A stretch of DNA of 64,000 bases, from contig NC_069001.1 of assembly GCF_001194135.2 (NCBI RefSeq), positions 25,582,898 to 25,646,897 on the forward strand, written 5' to 3'. A model generated the notes under the pieces. It was not told the DNA's origin, searched no databases, and saw nothing but the letters and a program-made list of their open reading frames with translations. Positions 1 to 14,199 of this stretch are shown here, piece by piece. Made by a program: the position numbers and the translations under genes. Positions within the stretch are counted from its first letter, which is position 1; every line of letters begins with the position of its first letter. Source of the stretch: Octopus bimaculoides (Eukaryota).

Positions 1-1854
1 ATATATATATGACGCTGGATTATAACTTGTAATTTTGTCGTGAAGTATTTCAGTTTAAATTAGCAGCATAAAAAAAAATACGTGTTAACTATTTTAAAGA
101 GGGGACGATTACTAGAACTGAAGATATATATATATATATGTATATATACTTCAAGTTACAGTTTCAAGTAAAAAAGACAATAATTTCAATATATGTTTGT
201 TTCGAAACTGGAGTGTATTTTACAATAAAGAAAAAAAATGGACATATTTTAATTGAAAATGAAGCCTTGCATATTTGTACTTTATAATTGTTGTGTTGCT
301 TTATGAAATATTCAAGCTTCTTGAAAATCGGAATTTCACAAAGCTATATATATTTAAAAGAAGTTGAAGATTTAATCTAAGTCATAAAACGAAAATTTTA
401 CTTCCCTGCAAAAATTTCGGATATAATTTAAAAGATTTGAATAAACATAAAAGCTGGACATATCACATTTTTTGTATAAAACTGAAGGATTTAATCAGGC
501 GAAAGTAAGTTCTCATTTTTCTTTCTTACTTTTCATTTTTTAGTTTCTATTTTGCTTCAGTTATCTCTTTTCATTTCACACAACTGAACATATAAATATG
601 CTTTTGTAGATTAATGTATATTATTTATGATATCTAATAACTATCTCTTATTTGAAAGTGTTTTCTTCAGAAATAAAGAGTGAATGAGCGGGAGAGAGAG
701 TGAAAGACAACGAGTGAATGAGAGTAGATAAAGAGAAAGAAAAAAAAACCTGATCACTTAATCAACATTTGTAATAATTTATTTCGGTGCAGATTTGCAG
801 TATTGTAAATAAAATGTCAGATCCACCTGCACTGAAATAACGAGACAAAGTAAGAACAGAATCCAGAATATCTCTCGTAAGGGTTTGGAGAGCTTCTCTT
901 ACGATATCTTTCTCTCTGAACGTTCGCTTTCGGAAACACCCACTTTACAAGTGAGAATGATAGATAGTTGGTATGTCATTATGATGACAATGAATCTCGC
1001 TTTATACGGGTATACAAAACGTTTTAAAATCAAATTCGTATCATTAGAATAGTTATATACAGCATGTACAAACTGTATTGTTTTTGCGTTGATGTCTTTA
1101 GTAAAAAGAGAAATAATGTTTTGTTATTTAGACTAAACCTCGTATCTTCGGTATGCACTGCATATGTACAGAGAACACCATTACACCACTGCAGTGCATC
1201 CCATACAATCAACACACGAAATTCCGCAATATTCATTTCCAATTTTGGCACAAGGCCAGCAATTTTGTTGGTCGAGGCTAGGCGATTACATCGACACTAG
1301 TACTCAACCGGTTACTACGTCAATAATTGTAGAATTAGATGTATAGATGGTTCACTATACATGGAGGTGCTAATGATGTAAGCTAGAAAGACCAGCCAAC
1401 ATCTTGAAATAACATGCTGCCCTCTTAAGTATAATATGCATGATGATGATGTAGTTCTATGCAATATAGGATGCAGACCACTGGAATGATTTTCATCGTA
1501 GTTCCGTTAGCTTATTGCCATCCTGTGACAGAGAAGAGTCTACAACCGGAATAGAAACATTTCGATCCAATGAGATAGATTTTACATTCAAAATCGATGC
1601 ACTAAAATGGCAGTTAAATCTGTTTTATATCCTATCATATTTATACATTATATACTCGTATGAGCACGAATATATGCAAAAAGAGGCGGGCTTGTTATGA
1701 ATGGAATACATACATTGCTTCACCAGGTCATCCACGGCATTCACCAACAACAGTCATAGCAACTAAAAGAAAAACAGCTTTTATTTCGGGTGAGCACAAT
1801 TTCTTGGAGAGGGTTACTTCACTTACAATGATAGAAGTTAATCATCATACACAC

Positions 1855-1857
<3 letters not shown>

Positions 1858-1940
<83 letters not shown>
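1858..1940. repeat. (CA)n microsatellite, representative of dozens of (CA)/(TA)/(CT)/(TAA)/(CATA) tracts in the window
   Basis: Uninterrupted CA run; it produces the spurious HT/CV-rich ORFs in the ORF track. Confidence 0.98.
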
Positions 1941-1947
<7 letters not shown>

Positions 1948-4218
1948 TACACACCCACCCACACATACATATGTATATATAGCTCTGGCGAGACAGCCTT
2001 TTTGTTTATTGACGATAAAACAAGGTATATATTTATTATCTTTAGACCGACTGCATGAATACACATAAGTTATACAATCTAGAAATCAAATAATCTAAAA
2101 TTGTTCTTGTACCTTTTCTACTAACACATTCCCCCAACAACAGCGTGTGGTCCTATCGGAAATTGAAGAATTCTCATTTGCCCCAAGGCATAATATAAAT
2201 ACCTTTACTTGAACATTTTGTCTTTCTATTACTCTTCGCAGAAAATCACTAGTTTCCCCTGATTATACTGCTTAACTTCAGCATAATGATATCACTAGCT
2301 AAATTTAATAAAATTACTGCACTTTATTCTTAATTTGTCCCACTTTAATGATTTTGAAATAACTCTAATAAGTTTAAATGAACGAAAATAGCATATAAAA
2401 GGTACATGCACCGAAATGTTAATAGTTTATTACCAGAGGCTGCAGTTTAACAATGTCTGTTTGAAGGTCATGATAGAAATAGAATCTTGCAGTCAAAACA
2501 CTATTTTAACTTCGTCTCAATTTAAATGAAATCACCACCAGACACATAAATGGTTACACGTATACAGCCATTTCTACACATGCACATTCATTCACTCACA
2601 CATATATTCTGACGCATACTGTTTTCACTATTACCTATGTGCGTCACACTCTTGAAATTTCTAAAAGGATTTTTGCTCGCGGAAGATAGACTGGTGTTGA
2701 AGTAATAGAAATAGATAGATAGAATGTAGTATAGAACATTTAAGTTCCTATTGTTTGCTTAACTTTGGAAACTGTTTGAAATATTTTTGAATACATCTCT
2801 CTCACCCTCTTCTTTCTCTCGTTGTATCTAATTTAATTTCGAGACAAAGGTAAAATTCTGTGGAAAATTGTATTAAAGTACCTTAAAGAGAGAAAGAAAG
2901 GAAAAAAACATTAAATAAAAATAAAAGTGAATCTCAGACACTATTTGGAAAGGAATCGTCGGTGCTTTCATATTTGATTTTAATTAAATTTGTTTTTTTG
3001 CTAACGTAGTATATACAGTTTATATTGCTTCTTTTTATTTTAGTTAACGACTAAGTTTCTATACTCATGATAAATTGAGTGAGATAGCACTGAAGGAAGA
3101 ATATGTAAAAATACACCCATTTTACACAAGAAACACCAAAAGCAAAACATAAAGAAACAAATGAAGTCTAATAAAAGTAATGAGTGATTCTCTGTAAAAT
3201 AGGTTTTTCTATACTGGGAGGTTTCGTTCTAACATTTATTGACGATGTTATTGATCGAATTCGCTGAGGTTAACAGACAAATTATATTTAACTTGGAGTT
3301 TAGTCCCTTCATAACAACGTTTATAATTCAGTTTTATTAGTTTACACTCACATTAAAAATACCAAATTACATCAAAGACAAGGGTGTTTCAATGTATTCT
3401 CGAATCCATTACATCATAGGAACCTTATATAAAGACGAGGAAACAAAATAGCAGGCACATAGTCGATGAATTTGCTAGAAATAGTAATCGAATCATCTTT
3501 AAATACCATTTTGATATCATATAAATCAGAAAGGGTTCATGCAAAACAGCAGTCCTTGACACAATATGTTTGAAAACAGACAAATTGGAAATAATAGCTG
3601 GGTAACATTTAATCACAGAGTTGCCGTAGGCTAAGTAACAAAGTTAGTTAGACAACCGGCGTTCATCTTGCTGCGAGGTTCTTCAATGTAAAAAGGAAGA
3701 ACTTCAGACTGAGCACAATTTTATATAATTCCAAGTCAAACCATATATATTCCACCCCCCCCCCCACCAATTTATCAGCGGTTTCAACATCTTTCAATTA
3801 TATATACTTTCGTTACTGAAGCTTTGTTTCGTGATGAAATGGTTTCAGACGAATCCAAACATGTTTCATCACTAAGGTAGTGTAGCCAGGAAACAATATT
3901 ACACAGAGTATCTGGTTAATCAAGCAGTTAAGAATAGAGAAACATATAGTTTTTTTTTTGTTCACAGAATGAATGTTGTTCCAAAATTTGATTTCCAAGA
4001 TGCCATCAACATGAGTCATAAGGATAATGTGTGAGTGTGAAAAAACTAAGCAAAGGAAAAGTAAAGGTGCGAAATGCGAATCAACTGTACGGTAAGACGT
4101 AAATAATAATAACTGAAAATTCAAACTCACTTATTTGTGGAATGTGTGAGTATTGAAACAAAAACCGAACGGACCATATAAGTACTGTGGCCACGTCATA
4201 GGCAACACATTTTATATA

Positions 4219-4864
4219 CAGGGTGTTCCAGAATTAACTTTCTATTTCAACGAAATCGGGTAAATTAAAAAAAACAAAAAAACTAAGAGAATATTATATT
4301 TGCCACTTAAATGTGGCTGACCCCCTAAGGGTGGATGTTACTGTTGCTTTTAGCCCCAGGAGAACATCTCCTCCAGCTGGCTATCGACTCACATCTTGTC
4401 GTGCAGTCACTGTCTGGTTCAGAGATTTAACATTAACAGAATATTGTTTATTATTTAATTATGATAGCAAATAAATAAATGTTTACATCTAACGTCAAAA
4501 GTGTATTGGAAATTTTCGTTATGTGCTCCGTCTGTATCCCTGAATATTTATAAGCTAGCCTTAGTGTTGAAGCAATTTTAGGAGTTATCTTTCGCATTCA
4601 TTAAGTTCAACTAAACTATATGGAGATGGAAGCAGAGAAAATAATTCTAGCCAATTTGAAAAAAATATGTCGGTGAGATAAGAGTGGTTCGACAAGAATG
4701 AAAATTAAATTGTCAGAATATTATAGAAAGTATCAAATTATAAACAGAATAAACATTTTATACACTTTTAAGACATGTTAAACATGATAAACGTAAACAA
4801 AAGTGAGATTTTTTTTTAAATGTTTGATTTTACTGAAATAGATAGTTAATTCTGGGATACCTTG
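4219..4864. mobile_element. Tc1/mariner-type MITE with TA target site, containing a nested repeat fragment at about 4300-4410
   Basis: Left end TA|CAGGGTGTTCCAGAATTAACTTTCTATTTCA. Right end (reverse complement) TA|CAAGGTATCCCAGAATTAACTATCTATTTCA. The internal GCCACTTAA..GGTGGATGTTACTGTTGCTTTTAGCCCCAGG segment recurs at 18250-18340. Confidence 0.75.
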
Positions 4865-5639
4865 TATTTCCTCCGGGAACTGCAGCAAAAATCCGCACCA
4901 ACATTTCTATATTCTATAATATAGTGAAAATATCGCTATTGTTAGCACTTACATAGTTACTCAGTTTGATATAGTTAGGATAGCCCTGAGGCCTTTCTAA
5001 CACGTTTTGCCCAACCATCAAAATTGGTGTCGGAAAATAGACGCAAACTGCACTTCATCATTGCCCTTACTCGCTAAGCCTGAGCAAATGCATGCAAATT
5101 TTTAGGGCCCACTGGACGAAAATAAGAGTAACTTCATAATAGAAGTTGGGGTGAAATCTCTTTAAAACACATGTGGTATATATAAATTCGAGGAAAGTTT
5201 GAGTAGCGAATTTTTGACGCCATTATTTACATTTATTAATATTGTTACATGCCTAAATGCGAGATTTTCCAGGATTCTGGGAAAATCTAATAAAATCATA
5301 TTTGAAAACGTTATTAAAATATTTCAAATACTATTGGAAAAAGAGAATAGCATATTTTTATACGTTCCATGATTACACTCTCCCATATCCATCAGCGATT
5401 CAGGCGATAGGAACTACGAATGGGAATATTAATTTTTATGCATGCTGAAACATATTCAAATATTATAGATGCTTAGAGTCCAATATATAGAGCATAAAAA
5501 TCTGAATATTGCTAGAAATATTAGGAATATCAATGTATAGCATAAAGATGATTTTCTATCTTACATGGCATAACACAATCTGCAAAAAAGTTTCAACAGA
5601 ATTTCACGTTTGAATATGAAATATAAGCAACAACATTGT

Positions 5640-5689
<50 letters not shown>

Positions 5690-6223
5690 NNNNNNNNNNN
5701 NNNNNNNNNNNNNNNNNNNNNNNNNNNNNNNNNNNNNNNNNNNNNNNNNNNNNNNNNNNNNNNNNNNNNNNNNNNNNNNNNNNNNNNNNNNNNNNNNNNN
5801 NNNNNNNNNNNNNNNNNNNNNNNNNNNNNNNNNNNNNNNNNNNNNNNNNNNNNNNNNNNNNNNNNNNNNNNNNNNNNNNNNNNNNNNNNNNNNNNNNNNN
5901 NNNNNNNNNNNNNNNNNNNNNNNNNNNNNNNNNNNNNNNNNNNNNNNNNNNNNNNNNNNNNNNNNNNNNNNNNNNNNNNNNNNNNNNNNNNNNNNNNNNN
6001 NNNNNNNNNNNNNNNNNNNNNNNNNNNNNNNNNNNNNNNNNNNNNNNNNNNNNNNNNNNNNNNNNNNNNNNNNNNNNNNNNNNNNNNNNNNNNNNNNNNN
6101 NNNNNNNNNNNNNNNNNNNNNNNNNNNNNNNNNNNNNNNNNNNNNNNNNNNNNNNNNNNNNNNNNNNNNNNNNNNNNNNNNNNNNNNNNNNNNNNNNNNN
6201 NNNNNNNNNNNNNNNNNNNNNNN

Positions 6224-6269
<46 letters not shown>

Positions 6270-6289
6270 GCACACATACATACATACCA

Positions 6290-7376
6290 TTAGATAAATA
6301 CCATTAGATGAAAGGATGAACCTATATGAGTGGAAGATTATGCATGGATATGTTAGTATAAAGCTCCGAGATGATAGTAACATTGATCATCAAATTAGTC
6401 TATCATGGAAAATAACCGGATCATTACCTCCTACTTTGAAGGGTATGTGTTTGCAATCGAGGAACTGGAAATATCAACAAAATGCCTGATGCATAAAAGG
6501 GTTACAGATGCAGGAAAATCAGTAAAATGTGATAAACGATGCAGAATTTGTGGAATTAACACCGAAGAAATCACCCACATCATAACCAGTTGTCCCCAAA
6601 TATCATCACAGTATTATCTACCGAAGAGACATGATGTTTTATCTAGGTCAGTCTATAATGAAATCTGTCGGAAGGATAACCCCGAGGACGAAGACATAAG
6701 AACCCACAGTATGGTAGAAGTCAGAGCTACTCATATGACAAAGGAGTACTGATGGAATGTACCAGTGAAGACCTTAAAAAAATGTAAGCACAAGAGGCCT
6801 GATATGATGATTTGGGATAGAGAAGAGAAACAGTGTACAGTTGTGGAAATTAGCTGCCCAGCAGATATTAACATAAAGCTGAAGGTCAGTGAAAAAGAGA
6901 ATACCTATGCTGAACTAATGAAAAATATGCAGTTATTCTATCTACATTACAAGTTCAGGTTTATACCTGTAATTATTGGAACCCTGGGATATGTAACACA
7001 CTGCCTTCATACCAATCTTGATAAATTAGTCTTCTCAAAACAAGAAAGGTGACTGTTAATTCGAAAACTACAGATTCAGTCCATCACTGGAACTACAGCA
7101 TTGAGTAAAATCTTCCAAATGTTTATCATTTAAATATATATGAGCGTGTCTAGATATGCAGCTATATGCATGAGAATACATACATAAAACAAAACGTACA
7201 TATCTTCATATATACAAACATGCATACGTACATACATACATGCATACATGCATACATACATACAAACACACATACAAAGATACCCTGCTGAAATTCCAGT
7301 AGAGGAGCCTTGAATCAAAGTTAGAAACCGACTCTTTCTCTGTTAGCAAGGAATCATGAAATAAAACCGAACAATA
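6290..7376 (+). mobile_element. 5'-truncated R4/Dong-clade non-LTR retrotransposon (restriction-like endonuclease domain plus 3' UTR), pseudogenised
   Basis: ORFs 6405-6752 and 6765-7052 are in the same frame across one stop. They contain the CCHC knuckle CRIC..THIITSC, the RHD motif, RPDMMIWD..VEISCP (PD..E endonuclease core), K..Y..L and IPVIIGTLG. The upstream sequence reads W..MHG. The (CATA)n-rich 3' UTR ends at AAATAAAACCGAACAAT next to (TA)n. Confidence 0.9.
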
Positions 7377-8439
7377 TCATATATATAAGTGTGTGTGTTT
7401 GTTTGTGTGTGTTTGTGTGAATGTGTATGTGTAAATTTATTTACAAAGAGCATAAAAAGGAGAAGACGGAAGTAAATGCATGCGTTCTTAACTTGAAACC
7501 TGTTTCAGGAAGCTCAGGCTTATATAATAATTGTTATATTCATAATTTGCAGATGGAATATGCAAAAACGTCTTGACTGTACAATCAGTAAACTTTATGC
7601 AAACACTAAAACGGAGATATTTCAATAGGTCCGCTTTTGCTAAACTTTCATTGATGAGGGAATTCGACTTACTGTAACATCTCCGTGTGACTGTTTAATG
7701 GTTTTATCCCCAATGTGTTTTGCATGTTCCTTCTGCGAACTATGACTATTTATACTCAGTGACCGGAGAATAGCAAAATAAAGCAACAAAACACATATCT
7801 TCCCACAAAAGAGCCTCGACCATATTGCGATATCTCGGCTATGTCACATGCTGGTTTAATAAGTCAAGCTCGTAGACGTATTCGTTGAAATAATATGTAA
7901 GATTTCCGTAGTGTTTGTAATCGTCACTGCAAATCAATTCCAAGCCTGAATATTCAAACTAGGAATCACCAAATAAAACAAGTGAATAGTAAACATTAGT
8001 AGATTAGAGGAATAATAATATGAGGGCATTGCTAATTCCGTATTTGTGTCAGTAATATTTTCCGGTTAGACAAGCGTCTTCGTTTTTCTGTTTCACCTGT
8101 TATTACATGATACCTTTTCGCATTTTATAATGTTTTTACTGAACACTCATACGCCGTTTTGGAGGTAAAAGTTCCACTTTAAATGTGTATACATATTTAC
8201 ACACACATAGACAGACACAACAGCGCACACGGGCACACTCATACACACATATACATACATACACACGTGTGTGTGTGTGTTTAAGCGTGTATATGAATAT
8301 AGATATATGCAGATATGCAAATGCTTGTTTATGGCAGACTGCTCGTATTTGTGAATGTGGGTGAGTTTATATGTGCGGATATTCATGTGCATATTGAAAT
8401 TTACATATCAGATTATACATATATGCATTCATACTTGCA

Positions 8440-8470
<31 letters not shown>

Positions 8471-8631
8471 CTATATATATGCATATGTATATGTTTACAC
8501 ATATATTAAGTGATATTTATACACACATTTATCTTAAAAATCTACTTTCTACAAGTAATATCAGGCTGTATTGTCAATATGTTACAATTGTGATAGTACT
8601 ATATATATATATACATATATATATATGTGTG

Positions 8632-8668
<37 letters not shown>

Positions 8669-9135
8669 NNNNNNNNNNNNNNNNNNNNNNNNNNNNNNNN
8701 NNNNNNNNNNNNNNNNNNNNNNNNNNNNNNNNNNNNNNNNNNNNNNNNNNNNNNNNNNNNNNNNNNNNNNNNNNNNNNNNNNNNNNNNNNNNNNNNNNNN
8801 NNNNNNNNNNNNNNNNNNNNNNNNNNNNNNNNNNNNNNNNNNNNNNNNNNNNNNNNNNNNNNNNNNNNNNNNNNNNNNNNNNNNNNNNNNNNNNNNNNNN
8901 NNNNNNNNNNNNNNNNNNNNNNNNNNNNNNNNNNNNNNNNNNNNNNNNNNNNNNNNNNNNNNNNNNNNNNNNNNNNNNNNNNNNNNNNNNNNNNNNNNNN
9001 NNNNNNNNNNNNNNNNNNNNNNNNNNNNNNNNNNNNNNNNNNNNNNNNNNNNNNNNNNNNNNNNNNNNNNNNNNNNNNNNNNNNNNNNNNNNNNNNNNNN
9101 NNNNNNNNNNNNNNNNNNNNNNNNNNNNNNNNNNN

Positions 9136-9206
<71 letters not shown>

Positions 9207-11114
9207 TTGAATGTGTGTATGTATATATTAATATGCAACACACGTTTATAAATACACACGTACGTATACCCGTGTATAGTTGTGTCTATGAAAATATATA
9301 TGTGTGAGTACACGCCCCCCCACACACACAAACACACACACACACACATACACACACACATATATATATATATATATACATATATATGCATATATTCATG
9401 TGTGTGTGCGTGTGTATGTAGAACAAAATTATTGCTGACTTAATGCAAGGCCACTTGACAGCGTACTATCATTAATGCGCTAATTTATATATTATCTAGC
9501 TTCAACTCTATTGCAATTGTATTCTCCGGTTTTCGAGACGATGCGTACTCTTTGGAAGCTTTGCTACGTAAAGAATCCTTTCTTCATTTATTTAAAAGGG
9601 CAAAAGCCAACCTGCAGTTTAGGATATATTCTTAGTGTTTAGAGAATTCTACTTCATGTTTTACTCTCTTTTGAAAATGGTGTTGCGGTATGATGCCATT
9701 GTTTTTCTTTTTCTTGTTATTCTATTTGGCAAGACATATTCATATGTATTTTATCAAGATGTCTTCAGCTCCATTTTTATCCATTTTGGATTGTAGATGT
9801 CTGCCAACCCGGTGAATTATGTTTTTTTCTTTTGTTTTTCTATTCACGCTTTCTTGGTATATGTTCTGTCATCCCAAGCGCAGCCGATCTCTCGATGCCA
9901 CATTGTTCCGCCATAAGAACCCTGCTTCCTTATCACATATTTCACTATCACCCCATATTCAAGCATCACTCAATCTTTTCACACCATTTAATATCCTTTT
10001 CCTTACAACATATGTTCCTTCAAACCATATACAATTCACATAACTCTCAGTGGTTCCCTGTCTTTCTCAGTAATTCTAATCTATAATGGACTACACGCAA
10101 TGGTAAAAGATTATCTTCCACACACATACACCATGTTGATACATAAAAAAATTTGCGAACTCAAACTTTGCTAGCTATACTGGATTCTGGGTCACTAAGC
10201 ACTTTTATGGACTCCTGTTACATATAAATACTTACATACACACTCTTATATATATGCATGAATATGAATAAGTGCGTGTATATGTGTGTACATATTAGTA
10301 TATGGAAATGTATATGTGTATATATATGCATATATTTCTATATTTATATATATTGTAAAATTTTCAAAAACACACACACACACACACTCTCTCTCTCTCT
10401 CTTACATACACACACAATCACACGCATAATACATTACAAGTCACCTTGATTCTTGCTTGCTTGCAGTGTTACTCATAATGGAAAAATACTCCGAATTAAG
10501 GCACCCTGAAATGCTAATACGAACGGAATGAAACAATTTCCTGTAAATCGGTAATGTGGAGTATAAATACCCAATATGGTGCATAATGGGGAAACTGTTC
10601 CGATAATAATCTTCATAGTGAAAGGGAAGAAACTCTTACCTTTCTATTAGATAGTGAGTTGACAATGAAATTATATAATTTCTTTACTGTATTTTTGCGT
10701 TTATTCAGAACAATATTTTAATCATTTAGAAATATTTTTAAGTGAATAGGATTTCAAAAATGTAAGCTGCTTGTACAATAAATATTTATACTTTAGTTTT
10801 CTTTAAGAGACAATATTTTAATGTTTTTTTAAAATTATTTTCAAGTGAATACCATTACAAACATTTTGTGGGGCATAAATACTTCCTAAAACACCCGTTC
10901 GTAACCTTGGTGTGAAATAATGTTTTCTATAGGTTTTTTTTTTTTGGAGTGCATTCAATGTATCTGACTTCCAAAGTCTTGGCTGCTATTTCTACTAGAC
11001 CTTAATAGCAAGTGACTACTATTTGCGAGAAAGGATCCGAAATACCTGTTAATTGGTAGTAGGTCAAGAAATGGCATCCAAGTCTTTCCTTTTCTCGGGA
11101 AAGGAGACGCTTAC

Positions 11115-11157
11115 GCGTGATTTCGATAACACTCTCGTTGAAAGCATGCAAAATAAC
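11115..11157 (-). CDS. Candidate 43-nt internal exon of an unidentified minus-strand gene (e.g. VILHAFNESVIEIT)
   Basis: Strong acceptor cttttggtttctgtttttttccag| and donor CGC|gtaagc. All three frames are open. No homology recognised. Confidence 0.3.
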
Positions 11158-11891
11158 CTGGAAAAAAACAGAAACCAAAAGACTGATGCTGAGAAACGCA
11201 GACTTTCTCGGTGACCCAACGGGTCACGGGTAGTCTAGTATATATGCATATATGCGCACAGGATGTCATAAAACATAAACAACATGAAATACGAAAATAT
11301 GGAATACGAACCATTTTGCGAATAATGAAAGAAACAAATGGAAAACAAGATGAGTAACATAAACAACGACCCTTCATCTGTTGTCGGCTGTTCTATCTAC
11401 TCTACATTTCGAGCAATTATATCATGATGTGGCTTCGAGAAAAAGTTGGTCCCGCAGGGCAAAATAAGATTTGAGATATGCGGATGGTGAAATTTGGTAA
11501 CAAAAAGATGACATTGAAAACAAAGAGTAAGGGGTGCTAAATCATAATGAGGTGAGGTGGCGAACACTGGAGGAAGAAACTCTGACAGGAGAAAAGACAG
11601 GAGAGGAGACAGACAAGAGTGCGTGTGATCTCTGTGGCAGATCAAAAGGAAAGAAAGAAGTTCAAGTTAGGAAAAGAAAGATAGCCGATGGTCACGTGTG
11701 AGCAACGAGAGAATGAAGGCGAAGAGTGGGAAAGAGAGAGTGACAGATAGAGACAGGTGAAGGGAAGAGTAAAGGAATTAGAGAAAGGCTGAGAGAGAAA
11801 TAACGAAAGGGGGAGAAGGGGACATAAAGAGAATTAGAGAAAGGAAGAGAGAGGAAACGAAAGGGAGGAGAGATAACAGTACAGAGAGTCG

Positions 11892-11923
<32 letters not shown>

Positions 11924-12044
11924 CCAGTGATTTTCGGGTTACATTTGACAGTTTGTATAAATGGAAAAGAAACTAAATTATCCCATCTAAGGGAAAACAG
12001 GATTTTAATATATCAAAATTAACAAACATAGATTGTGGATAAGA

Positions 12045-12425
12045 GATAAAAGTGTCCTCAAATTTGCCGTTCTGATCGTCGAGCCCGGCCTTAAATCGTC
12101 TCAAAAACTTACAAATGCTTTTCTCACTGTGCCCTTGGGAAGTTCTTAGAAGAATTCCTCTTTCCTGAACTTTAGATCGGCCTTAGCATTTCTGGTAATG
12201 CGTTGATTATATTTCTTGTCCGTGGTCCCCCACTGACACACACACACATTTGTGAGACTACAATCGGGTGAAATAGAAGGTCAGAGATTCGGGCTCCTGA
12301 AATCAATATATTCGTTCATAAACCCTTCTTATGCTTTCCGGTAGTTTGGTAAGGAGGTGAATCGTGTTGTCACACATATGACCTTCCAGCAGCAATCCAT
12401 CACAGATTTTTCAAGTCTGAATTGA
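12045..12425 (-). pseudogene. Degraded Tc1/mariner transposase C-terminal fragment
   Basis: The minus strand reads GRSYV*QHDSPP (GRPYVWQQDSAP-like), then PSISPDCS (PPNSPDCN-like), then ADLK..F*ELPKGTVRKAF..F, with several stops and frameshifts. Confidence 0.65.
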
Positions 12426-13781
12426 GGCTATGCCTCTGTTCAAAGAAGAAGGAAGATATGTTTGCAAGCCATGAACTCCGTAATCTCAATTGCAGCTATC
12501 CATCTTACCCCTTACAGATTTTATAACATTCAAAGTACACTTGGTTATCCTGATAGCGGTAACTCTTATCTTGATAGAGGTAACTCTTTGCCAATGTTCA
12601 GATATATTCCAATTGACCTTGTGACTTAACATGTTTTTCAACTACATCTTTCATTCTTATGCTCTCCAACACCGTTGACCGGACAGCAATACATCGAGCT
12701 CTGACTGAAAAGAGGAGAGAAAAAGCATTAAATTTAGCCCTTATATTCCTACATATATTTAAATATATTTATTTATATGTATATTCATTGATGTATATAA
12801 GTGTATAGTTATGAATTTATGATGTACGTGATTGGCGTATGTGATTACATGTATGTGTTTAAGTGCAATCGAGTGAGTGTGTGGCTGTGTGAGTTTGTAT
12901 GTGTGTGCTTGTGCTAGTATGCAAACACACACATACACGGGCATGTACACAATCTCATATGTCGTTCAAATACTTGAAGTGAACTGTAATAACTTGATTG
13001 TACTTCCTAAGCAACTGCATAAATTAGATGGAAAATTCAATTGTATTTGTTGCACTACACGTATTTATGTTTTCGTTAGTTTGCTTGTATTTATGTGATT
13101 ATAAGAGAGTGTGTGTCTATCTGTATATAAGTGGATGTTTATTTAATTTGTGTGTGCGAATTTGCATATACATTTCCAAAGAAAAATCCTTGATCATTCA
13201 GCCGTTATATATTGGAAGTCTTCTTTGTGTGTTTATAGATTAATAATTAATCTGTTTGGATATATTGTTTTATTTAACACTTTTTTTAACAAATAAAATC
13301 CAGTAATGCTTCATATGTCAAAGAGAAGAGAAACTTTATTCGTCTTCCAAGCCATCCACAGTAATTTCATGGTTAGTGAATCCATTGAAGCAAATCATTT
13401 TCACTCTACTAAGTAATGTTCACAATATTACTTACCGCGAAATATCTTCATGATGTTGGCAAAATTCAATTCACATACATAAACGAATGCATGCATACTA
13501 AAATACGTGAGTATCTAATACATACACATACAAATGCGTATATCCATACGTACATACATACATACATACATGCAAACGTACATGTGTTCATACATATATA
13601 CATGCATAAACACATATATACATACATAAATACGTAAGAACATTCGTTGAAGGAGAAGTACGTAAAAACAGTCAGGTAAGTGCAATGAAAGTGGCGTGAT
13701 GCTAGATGCAAATACACATACATGCACACATGCACACACACATATATGTATATACATACGTACACTCACAAACACATTCAC

Positions 13782-13816
<35 letters not shown>

Positions 13817-14199
13817 TATGTTTGTGCGTGTGTGTGTGCATGTGTGTGTTTAAATAATTATGTTCATTCACAAACATACATATATATATGTGTGTGTGTG
13901 TGAGTGTGTGTTTATTTGTGTGCGTGTGTACATATATATATATATATATACATACAAACATATCTGAATTTGTATACATATACACCCCGACACACACACA
14001 CACGCACACACATCACAATACACATGAAGAAAGGTTTTCGCTAATTGCTAATTATCATATAAAGATATATTTAAATAACAAAACCATAAGGTCATAGGAG
14101 AATTTTTTATCTGTATGTAAGCATTTTTTAGCTTTTCAGAAACACGTTTTATAGTATATTCCGTATTAAAACAGTTTCTCTTTTATTGTAGCATATTTG

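Noticed and set aside
7673-7732. 60-nt minus-strand exon candidate (KEHAKHIGDKTIKQSHGDVT) and similar candidates at about 4950-5045, 25280-25318 and 27305-27325
   Set aside because: Weak acceptors or no supporting phase chain. Several such matches are expected by chance in 64 kb of AT-rich DNA.
12110-12165. Apparent minus-strand exon with a gtaagt donor
   Set aside because: It lies inside the Tc1 transposase remnant, which explains the coding look.
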